Notes under the pieces: generated by a model
What the model was told of the DNA's origin: nothing
Databases searched by the model: none
The model's input: the letters and a program-made list of their open reading frames with translations, nothing else
Program-made: the position numbers and the translations under genes
NCBI RefSeq assembly: GCF_000372725.1
Contig: NW_005202428.1
Location: 2,828,670 to 2,892,669, forward strand
From: Emiliania huxleyi CCMP1516
Lineage: Eukaryota
Direction: 5' to 3'
Length of the DNA stretch: 64,000 nt
Part shown: piece by piece, positions 55,066 through 64,000 of the stretch
Numbering within the stretch: position 1 is the first letter of the stretch
Layout of the letters: each line of letters begins with the position of its first letter

Positions 55066-58000
55066 ATGCCGGAGACGGACGACCTCGCCACGCTCAACAG
55101 TCTCGATGACGCCGCGGTGGCCAGCATCCTCGAGGATCGCTACAGCCGCCGCCGCATCTACACGCGCGTCAACTCGATGCTCATAAGCATCAACCCATAC
55201 GAGGAGCTCGGGCTGTACTCGACTGCCGTGCTCGACGAGTACTGTCGCGTGGGAAACGGAGGGCCGCCGCCGCCGCCGCACGCCTTTGCCGTTGCAGCCG
55301 AGGCGTTCAGCGGGCTGCTGAGCTCGCAGTCGCAGTCTGTGCTGGTTACAGGCGAATCTGGAGCTGGCAAGACGGAGACCTGCCGGCGTCTGCTGCAGTA
55401 CCTCGCGCACGCCGCGAACCGCGGTGGCGCCGCTGACACGCGCGCGCTGCACGAGGCGCTTAGCCAGACCAGCTGCGTGCTCGAGGCGTTTGGCAACGCG
55501 CGGACCGTGATGAACGACAACTCCTCGCGGTACGGCAAATTCCTGACGCTCCGGTACGACAAGACGGCGCGCTTGCAGGGCGCCTCCTTCTCGACCTTCC
55601 TCCTCGAGCAGACAAGGGTCGTGCGAGTCGCGCCCGCCGAGCGCAGCTTCCACGTCTTCTACGCCCTGCTCGCAGGCCTCTCCTCGACGGAGGCCGCCGA
55701 GCTGCAGCTCGACTGCCTCGCCCCGAACGGGTACACATACATCGCGACGTCCGACGCCGTTGGCGGCCCGGCTGCCGCCGACGAGGCTGCTCGCGACGCC
55801 TCGGCGCTAAGCGAGATTGGCGCCGCGCTCGAGTTGCTCGGCACGCCGCGAGCGACGCAGTGGCAGGCGTGGCGCGTGCTGGCGGCGGTGCTGAGGCTGG
55901 GGAATGTGGTCGTTTCGGCGGCGGCGGACGGCGGCACGGAGGTGGCGCGCGTGGACGAGGGAGAGAGCGCCGCCTCCCTCGAGGCGGCCGCGCGAGGTCT
56001 CCTCACACCTCCACCTGTGAACGGCGTCTCTTCACACCTCCAGGTGTGGAAGCAGGCGGCCGCGCAGCTTCTCGGCGTCTCGCACACGGCGCTCTCTTCG
56101 GCAGTCACCACGCGCTGCCTCAAGGAGGGCGGCGGTGGGAGGCAGTCCACCCTCGCCTCGCCCTCCACCGAGCCTCCCCCGAAGCCTCCCTCAGGCGGGC
56201 GGGGAGTTCATTCAGACCCCTCAGACGTGCGCCGCCGCCGCAGAGGTGCGAGATGGGCTCGCCAAGGCGTCGACTTCTGAGAAGCGGGTCGGAGCTCTCG
56301 CTCTGGGCACGGCTCGGAGCGTGCGTGTGTTGTCGCGGTAGGCGCTGTACAGCCGACTCTTCGACCGGCTCGTCGCAGCCATCAACGACTCGCCGCAGGT
56401 TGCCGGCTCGGACGGCGGCGGCGAGGGCGGAGGAGGGAGCGGCGCGGGGCCGTTTGTCGGGCTGCTCGACATCTTCGGCTTTGAGGACTTCGAGTCCAAC
56501 TCGCTCGAGCAGCTCCTGATCAACTTCAGCAACGAGCATCTGCAGGCCATCTTCAATTCGATCATCTTCAGCGCGGCGCAGGCCGAGGCCGAGGCCGAGG
56601 GCGTGCCGCCGCCGCAGTTCGACGCCGAGGCGGTCTCGAACGTCTCGACCATCGCCCTCTTCTCGGCGCCGCACAGCGGCCTGTTTGCCCTCCTCAACGA
56701 GGAGTGCGTCTTCCCCAAGGGGACGGACGAGTCCTTCGTCGCCAAGCTGCACGCGGCGAACAAGGAGCACTCGCGCCTCTCCGTGCTGCAGCCCGAGGGC
56801 TCCGCCTTCCGCGTCGCCCACTACGCCGGCAGCGTAAAATACCAGGCCAGTGGCTTCTTAAACAAGAACAAGGCCCGGACCCGCCTCCTTCCTCGTCCGC
56901 CTCTGACGAGGCGCCGTTCACAGCCTCCCGTGAGGAGTAGGCGCCCTTCTCGGAGGACCTCCTCGTCCTCCTCCGCACCTCAAGCGAGCGGCCCCGCCGC
57001 GGCGGCTCCGCGACGCCACCTCAACTCTCACCCTGCCGCCTCCCTCCCTCGCCCCAGGCGAGCCCTTCGTCGCAACGCTCTTCGCGCAAGAGGCGGCCGC
57101 GCCTCAGGCGAGTGCCTAGCGCCTGCGCTCTAGCGCCTGCGCTCTAGCGCCTGCGCTCTAGCGCCTGCGCTCTGCGCTCTAGCGCCGAGAGGCGCGCGGA
57201 CGGCGCGTCGGAATGACGCCGGAGCGCTCCTCTCGCCAGGCGGGCAAACGCGGCGGTCGAGGTTTCCGCGGTGTGGTCGGCGGTTACGCCGCAGAGCTCG
57301 ACGAGCTGCTGCGGGTGATACGCAGCTCGACGGCGCACTTTGTGCGCTGCATCAAGCCGAACGTGCGCAAGGCGGCGCGCTGCTTCGAGGAGCCGGTGGT
57401 GATGCGGCAGCTTCGGTGCGGCGGCGTCCTCGAGGCGGTGCGTGTCTTTGCGAGTGGCTTCCCCGACCGGATGCCCATACGAGACTTTGTCGGCACCTAC
57501 TGCTCGGTGGTTGCGCCTTCGAAGCTGCCGCCGCACCCGCCGGGAGGGCCGCCGTCGCAGGGAGACGCGCCGACCGCGTGGGAGCGCGGGGCGTGCGCCG
57601 CCATCCTGCGCGCGTTTGACGTGGCGGACGAGGCCACGGCGCTCGGGCACACGAAGGTCTTCCTGGGCGCGGGCGTCGCGGCGCACTGCAAGGCCAAGCG
57701 CGAGGCGCGGCTGGCCGGGCTGATCGCCGTCGTCCAGGCCGCCGCTCGCGGACTGCTCGCGCGCCGCAGCTTGCGGCGCCGGGCCGCGCTGCGCGAGAAG
57801 GAGGAGGAGCGCGAGCGGCAGATTGCGGCGCTCCAGGCGCAGCAGGAGGCAGAGCGCGCGGCCACCCGCGGGGCCGTCGGCTTGCGACGGAAGGCGTCGT
57901 TTGAGCGCGAGGCGAGCGTGAAGCGGCGGCAGCAGCAGGAGAGGGCCGCTGCCGCCAAGCGCACCGAAGAAGCGACCGCCTCCTGGGCGGCCCGCGAGGC

Positions 58001-59717
58001 GGAGCTGACCAAGCTCCACACGGAGCTCACGCGCCAGGCGGGACGCAAGCAGGCGGCACTGGCGGCTGAGCTCGCGCAGCTGACGGCCGCGCTGAGAAAG
58101 GCGGAGGAGCGGAACGCGGCGCTGGAGCGGGCGCAAGCCGAGGAGCGAGCCGCTGCCGCCGCGCGCGAGGTCGAGCTGCAGACAGCGGTGAGCCACTGGC
58201 GTGACGAGGCAGCGCTCGCCGCGCAGAGGGAGCAGCAGGCGAGCGAGATGGGCGAGGCGCGGCTCGCACAGGCGGTCGAGCGGGAGGGCGAGGCGCGCGA
58301 CGAGGCGTCCTTCTTCCGGGCGCGCTTCCAAGAGCTCGCGCTCTCCTTTGCTCGAGCCCAGGACCCCGCGCCGCCGCGCAGCCGTCCTCCGAACGCCGAC
58401 GGCGGCGGCTTCTTTGGCGCCGTGGCGAGCCTGATCGGCGGCGGGGCGAAGCCGCGGCCGTCTCGAGGGCGGGGGCGGACCTCGCTGTCGGCGTCCCGGC
58501 CCGCTGGCGACGCGCCGTCGTCTCCAGCCGAAAAGGCGCGTGCGCCGCCGCAGGCGCCCCTCTTCTCGCCCCGCACAATGTCCATCGCCGAGGAGCCGTA
58601 CTCGCCGCCGCAGCCGCCCGCCCCGCGCGACGCGCCAACGCCCGCCGACGCGACTGCGCTGGCGAGCTACCTCGGCTTGCACCCCGTCCGCGACGCCAAG
58701 CTCATGTGGATCGCCGAGGCCGCCGCGGCCGAGCCGCTGCCGGAGGGCTGGAGCGAGGTGGTCGACCCCGGCGGGAGGCTCTACTACTCGAACGGCGTCA
58801 CGGGCGAGTCGTCGCGAGTGCACCCGCGCGACGAAGAGTTCCGCCTGCTCGTGATGCGCTCCAAGCTCGAGCAGATGCATTCGGCGCCCGCAGCGCAGCC
58901 GTCGGCGGGCGACTGGTCGACGATCCGGATGAAGTCGCTCGAGCAGTCGCTCAGCTCGGCCGCTTCGGCGCCGGTTCGCGCGCTCGTGCAGCGGAGTGGC
59001 GACCGACGAGGCGGCGCGCCGCGGCTCACCTTCGAGATGCTGCTCGACGAGGACACGCGGCTGCCGTGGATGGAGGCGGTGCTGCGTGAGGGCCCGCGCG
59101 GGGCCGCGTTCGAGCTCCTGCTCGAGGGCGGCGCGGCCGAGAAGAGCGAGCACCTCGTGCGGCTGAGCGGGCCGAGCAGCAGCGTGCTCGTGCGGAGGGA
59201 GCGGCGCGACGCGCCGCTGCCGGAGGACGGGCCCGTGGGGGAGGAGGAGGAGCTCGCGGCCGTCATCTTCGTCGAGGTTTTGGGCGAGGCGGACGAGTCC
59301 GGCGCGCGAGGCGGAGAGGAGGCGCCGTACTCGATGGAGCTGGTGGTGCCGGCGGCGAAGCGTGGCGGCGCGACTCAGGCGCACAAGCCGCGTGGCCCCT
59401 CCGACACGCTGCTGCAGCGGTACGGGCGGGGCGAGACGGAGGGGCTCCTCGTCTTTGTCGGCCAGGTCGCGAGGAGTGCGGCTGCGGAGGCGCCGAGCGC
59501 AGCGGTCCGGCTCTCGCTGCCCAAGACGGACTCCGGGAACTTGCTGCTGCAGACATCGGGCCGCCGCGGGGCCAACCGAGCGACCCTGGAGTACCGCGAC
59601 CCATTGAGCCCGCTGGCGGCCTTCTCGGCGGCGCTCGCGCTCGTGCACTGGAGTGAACGCGCGCAGTCGGCGCTAGCGAGAGCTGCCATCGGGAAAGGGC
59701 GTCTGAGTGTTGGGTGA
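55066..59717 (+). CDS. Unconventional myosin: motor, IQ, coiled coil, CEP164-like WW module, Tubby-like C-terminus (multi-exon)
   Basis: GESGAGKTE, LEAFGNARTVMNDNSSRYGK, ERSFHVFY, LLDIFGFE, INFSNEHLQ, HYAG.V.Y, HFVRCIKPN, QLRCGGVLE, GHTKVFL. IQ-like VQAAARGLLARR; WW-like LPEGW…GRLYYSNGVTGESSRVHP; terminal LEYRDPLSPLAAFSAAL. Confidence 0.93.
57116..57186. repeat. 14-bp tandem repeat (CTAGCGCCTGCGCT)n in a myosin intron
   Basis: About 4-5 units visible. Confidence 0.85.
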
Positions 59718-59802
59718 AGATCGTTAGACTGATCGAGGTGTGAGGGGGTGTTGTGGGCCGAAAACTCTTTCGTAGGAGGCGACAGGGTCCCCACGGCAAG
59801 TA

Positions 59803-61270
59803 ATGACCGCGCAAGACATAAAGGGTGGGCTAAGGCGTAAGAGGGCTCTGCACGCACACACACATATCACAAGGGTCAAGGCGCCCGCGTGTCGCAGACG
59901 CGCACGCGGTTGCCGGTTCCATTGACAAGTCTGCAATATACCCCCACACGAACAAATATCAAAATCCGAATACCGTGGCGAAACCATGTGATCTCGGCCG
60001 TGCAAGCCTTCATCTAAATAAATAAAAACGGACACCTCTACTAGGAGATGGGTAAAAAGGAACAGGTCCCCGCCCGTGCGATCATTGTGCAGGGTTCTTT
60101 GTGCCGTGTGGTCGGCGACTAGCCGGGGTCGTCCTCCCGATGGGGGACTAGCACTAGCCGTCTTCCACATGGTCCCTCGGGTGCCAAGACATCCGTAAAG
60201 TTGAAACCAAGAACGTCCGCCAAATCCGTGGCTGCTTTCGGAGCAACTTGAGGGGAAGCCGCTGATCGAGCCCAGCGTGCCCGCGGCCGCCTCCCGCGCG
60301 GCACCGCCGCTGGGGACGACACGCTGCGGAATCGGATCGAGCCCAGGGAGGAGGAGGGCGCAGTCGGCGAATTGGAGGAGGAGGAGGAGGGCGCAGTCGA
60401 GGAATGGGAGGAGGAGGGCGCAGTCGACATTTGGCGTGTCTGACTCAGAGGAGGAGTTGGAGGTGCTCTGGCAACCTAACCTGATTCAGAAGCTCGCCGA
60501 TGTTGTCACTCAACGTGCGTCATGCGTGATCGAGCTCGAGGGAGGAGCTCCGCTAACGATTCGGCCGGCCACCCAACGCCGCCGCCCACCGCCACCCACA
60601 AAGCGCCTGCTCTACTATCCCGTACCACCCTCTCCACTTTCCACGGATCATGCCCGTGATAGCAGCATCACTGCCGCCGTCCTGGTTTTGAACGTGGCAG
60701 CTAGTCGAGGGACTCGGTAGTTGTGACCCCCCTGAGTGAGGAGCAGGAGAGAGAGAGCTTTTGTGGTGTTGGTGTACGCAATGACGGGACAGGGGTGGTT
60801 GTTCTTGAGCACTTGAGCACTTGATAGGGTCGATTCCGCATGGTACGGGACCCCTCCGATCGTCTCGCCCTCCCTCACTGGTGTGTTCATTGGGGGGGGT
60901 CATAACAAACACGGTGCAGGATCGAGGTGCACGCTGCCGAGGCAGTGTCGTCCCCCCTCTCCCCGACGGCGATGGCGGTGTGACCGATCGATGGTTGTTC
61001 TCTCTATCTCCCCTTTCTAGCTCTTGGCATGAGCTGCGCCCTGTGTCCGACCCCTTTTGCGCAGCAACACCTTAAACTTTTAGGCCCTCCAAATTCGGGT
61101 CGGAGCGTAGCGGAGTGGGCCCCGAGTTTGAAAAGGGCGACGGACGCTTGCGTCCTAGCCTCCAACAACGCCTCCCCGGCGCAGATCCAGATGGGCCCCC
61201 GGAGGGATGCACAACCGCTCCCCCCCTACGCCGCTTGCGGCGGTCCTCTTCCCAGCTCCGCTGAGGGCGC
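59803..61270. repeat. Inverted composite copy of the 17470-19790 repeat family, with additional modules
   Basis: See 17470-19790. 60830-60890 also matches 54345-54410 and 13835-13890 (reverse complement). Confidence 0.7.
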
Positions 61271-61434
61271 GTGCGTTACACCCCCCGCACACCCCTAAAC
61301 CAGCACACACGCGAAGGAAAAAATTTGCCCTTGTAGAGGCCTCCTCCCGCTCAAGGCGGTAGCTCCTTCGAGGTCTCGCCGGGCCCTGCTAAGAGACCTC
61401 GAGAGAGCGTGCGTGTGCCTCTACTCGCCTACAC

Positions 61435-62217
61435 ATGCTCTTGCTATTCCGGCTCGATGCCGCGGCGGTGGTGCTGCCGCACCCTGACAAGGTGGCGACG
61501 GGAGGAGAGGACGCTTGGTTTGCGAGAGGATCTACATTTGGGGTCTTCGACGGCGTCGGAGGCTGGGCGGAGCAGGGCATCGATCCCGGCCTGTTCAGTC
61601 GGGCCTTGGCTGTGGAGACTGCGCGCGAGGTCGCCGGGATCGAGGGCGCCGAAGCCGCCGAGGAAGACCTTGCGCGCGCGCTCGATACCGCGCGCTCGAG
61701 GGTAACAGCGGTCGGGACCTGCACCGCCTGTCTCGTGCATCTCTCTGCAAGCGGCAGCCTGACGGCGCTCAACCTCGGCGACTCCGGATTCCGGCTACTA
61801 CGTCCGTCGCGCGTGTCGCCGCCGCACCGCCTGGCCGTCACGCTCCGCTCGCGCGAGCAACAGCACCGCTTCAACTGCCCTTTCCAGCTCGGAGTCGGGT
61901 CGGGCGATTCCGCTGCCGACGGCGCTGTTTACTCCGGGGTCGTAAGGGCCGGCGACCTGCTGCTGCTCGTGACGGACGGCGTGACCGACAATCTGAGCGA
62001 GCGGCAAATCTGCGAGGCGCTCGCGGGTCCGCTCGCGCGCGGCGAGCCTGCGAGGTCTCTCGCCGCCGCCCTCGCGGCGTCGGCTCACGAGGCGAGCCTG
62101 CAGCCGGGGAGGAGCTCACCCTTCGCGGCCGCCGCGCAGAATGCCGGCCTGTCGCACAGCGGCGGCAAGCCAGATGACGTGACCGTCCTCTGCGTGCGAG
62201 TCCTGGACGGCTCATAG
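61435..62217 (+). CDS. PTC7: PP2C-family phosphatase, PTC7/PPTC7-like
   Basis: LPHPDK…GGEDAWF, GVFDGVGGW…GIDPG.FSR.L, G.CTAC, NLGDSGF, EQQH.FNCPFQLG, TDGVTDNL, GGKPDDVTV. The true start may lie upstream. Confidence 0.92.
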   Translation: MLLLFRLDAAAVVLPHPDKVATGGEDAWFARGSTFGVFDGVGGWAEQGIDPGLFSRALAVETAREVAGIEGAEAAEEDLARALDTARSRVTAVGTCTACLVHLSASGSLTALNLGDSGFRLLRPSRVSPPHRLAVTLRSREQQHRFNCPFQLGVGSGDSAADGAVYSGVVRAGDLLLLVTDGVTDNLSERQICEALAGPLARGEPARSLAAALAASAHEASLQPGRSSPFAAAAQNAGLSHSGGKPDDVTVLCVRVLDGS

Positions 62218-62725
62218 ACAGTTCGTAGAGAGACAGCGCTGCAAACGAGTAGACTAGAGTCCCGGAGACCTCGATGTCGAGCCGGAGTGCGGAGACGAGA
62301 CTCGAGAGGCGATATAGCGCGAGTCGCGCGTGTGCCTGTTGCGGGGCCAGAATTTCTGCCGAAGGAGTTGCGCATCGCGGCGAGCGGGGCGACGCAACGT
62401 TGCGATTCTTTCTCGTACATGGATATGTCTATACGTAAAAGACACGGCGCGCCTGTATCTCCCCTTTAGCTTTACCGGATGATCGGACAGCTGCGAGAGC
62501 GCAGAGCGAGTCGAGCCGAGAGGCGCACGCGCAGCGCTCCCTCCCGTGGTTTCGGTGTTCGTGCTAGAGAGGAGGCGCGGCGACTACCACCGAGCTCTGA
62601 GCACCAGCGAGGGGCATGCAGGGAGGGCGGAACGTGTGGGGGAGGGGTGGGGTGGCCACCTGCCACAAAGCTGAGGCTCGTGGGCGAGAGGGGAAAGGAG
62701 GAGTGGTTACCCGCGGTCGCGGTCA

Positions 62726-63319
62726 TCAGGAAAGCAGCCGCTTTGCGACAGGCGAGAGCTTGTGGTGCTCCATACTCACGTACGGCGAGGAGTACGACAT
62801 GCCGGCCTCGGGGGCGACTGCGCGAGAGCTGACGGGCGCCGTGAGGCGCGCGAGCAGACAGGCGCCGCCTCCGACGAGGAGGGCGAGGGTCGAGGCCATG
62901 AGCCAAGGCGACGCGAGGGCGGCGTCGAGAGGCTGCGCGCCGTCCGCGAGCGCGTCGCACCACATCGCAGCCGCCACGGCCAGACCCAGGAAGAGCGCGA
63001 GGCTCGTTCTCGCGCGGAAGCGGCCTCCGGCGCGAAGCGAGCCGACGGGGAGCACGAGGCACTCGTAGACGCAGGCGACGGTGGCGACAGTGGCAAGGTC
63101 AAACTGATTCGAGGAGGGGAAGAAGACGGCGATGAATAGCAGCGCAGCGAGCGCGAGCCGCAGCGCGCCAACCAGCGGCATCAGCTTGACGTCCTCCGCG
63201 CCGAAGTCAGCGCCCTTTGGGGATATGAAGACATCGAGCAGCCCGCCGGCAAACTCCACCAGCCCGACCAGGCAGAGCGCCGGGCCGGTGAAGTCGCTGA
63301 GCTTCTCCGCGGGCGTCAT
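62726..63319 (-). CDS. Hypothetical membrane protein (about 4-5 TM segments)
   Basis: 197-aa ATG-initiated ORF with host codon usage and several hydrophobic segments. Confidence 0.6.
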   Translation of the reverse strand: MTPAEKLSDFTGPALCLVGLVEFAGGLLDVFISPKGADFGAEDVKLMPLVGALRLALAALLFIAVFFPSSNQFDLATVATVACVYECLVLPVGSLRAGGRFRARTSLALFLGLAVAAAMWCDALADGAQPLDAALASPWLMASTLALLVGGGACLLARLTAPVSSRAVAPEAGMSYSSPYVSMEHHKLSPVAKRLLS

Positions 63320-63370
63320 CTCTGTGAGTCGTGTGGCCTAGGCCGACCGAATTTCTTCTTCGACGTTGTA

Positions 63371-63849
63371 CCGTCGGGTCTCTATTTTAAGATGAGGTAA
63401 ACAGCAATAGATCCGGCCCTCAAGCGGCCTAATCGATACCCGGCCCTCACGGAATCGGTCCCTCGTTGTACAGCAATCGATCCTTCACACTGCCCGCGCG
63501 CTGCCAAACTTGGGGTCGAGAATCGGTCCCCAGGTTACCTGTGGCGCGAAGCTGCGATATGTCTCCCGCCCTCGGCGCGCCGACCGCGCAGCGGCGGCAG
63601 ACCACCCTCCGGTTCGAGGGGCGCCTGGGGCTGAGCGGGCTGCCTCCGCCAGAGTTTGGCTCGCCCACCGGCGGGCTGTCACCCTGCCACGGGTCGCAAG
63701 CCCTCTGCCGGCCGGAGCGCAGGCTGCGCAGGCTTCCAGCAATTGGTCCCTTGGCAAGTGCGAATCGGTCCCCCTGGCTCCAGGAACTGATCCGGCACTA
63801 CACCCGGATCTATTGCTGTTTACCTCATCTTAAAATAGAGACCCGACGG
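63371..63849. mobile_element. Tc1/mariner-type MITE with perfect 46-bp TIRs and TA TSD
   Basis: CCGTCGGGTCTCTATTTTAAGATGAGGTAAACAGCAATAGATCCGG at 63371-63416 and its exact reverse complement at 63804-63849. TA on both sides. Confidence 0.88.
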
Positions 63850-64000
63850 TACCTGTTGTACCTGTTGTACCTGTTGTACCTGTTGTTCAGTGCACAGTGG
63901 TCAGCAAGCAGAAAATGCCAAAACCCCCGGGTACAACCCGAAAATACCCGAGGTTTTCCAGGTATTTTCGGGTATTACCCGCACTGCCACTGGACGGTGG

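Noticed and set aside
57144..59648. Long antisense ORFs (also 44355..46355, 29261..30715, 35102..36616, 4104..5288)
   Set aside because: Shadow frames of real genes in very GC-rich DNA; Arg/Ala/Pro-rich with no motifs.

Overview
GC-rich, intron-containing eukaryotic DNA. The frequent GC-AG introns, a signal-peptide-bearing FabH and the repeat content suggest a haptophyte alga such as Emiliania/Gephyrocapsa (inference). Host genes: ARMC2-like (partial), NAF1, EF-hand/TMEM65-like, a 2OG-Fe(II) oxygenase fragment, a B3GNTL1/QTGAL-like glycosyltransferase, a HET-like/ankyrin protein, an XRN-family exonuclease, an INSIG-like membrane protein, a BFR1/PPI-like coiled-coil protein, FabH, an unconventional myosin, a PTC7-type PP2C and two unknown membrane proteins. 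The intergenic space is dense with mobile DNA: a young integrase-less Ty1/copia element (identical LTRs, 5-bp TSD), a hAT-like TIR element carrying a gene fragment, a piggyBac-like TTAA element with a nested LINE-like fragment, several MITE-like elements and stacked short retroelement 3' ends. The most notable observation is the myosin tail, which combines a CEP164-like helical/WW module with a Tubby-like C-terminus, two cilium-associated modules. All family calls come from motifs read by eye; no searches were run and exon boundaries are approximate.
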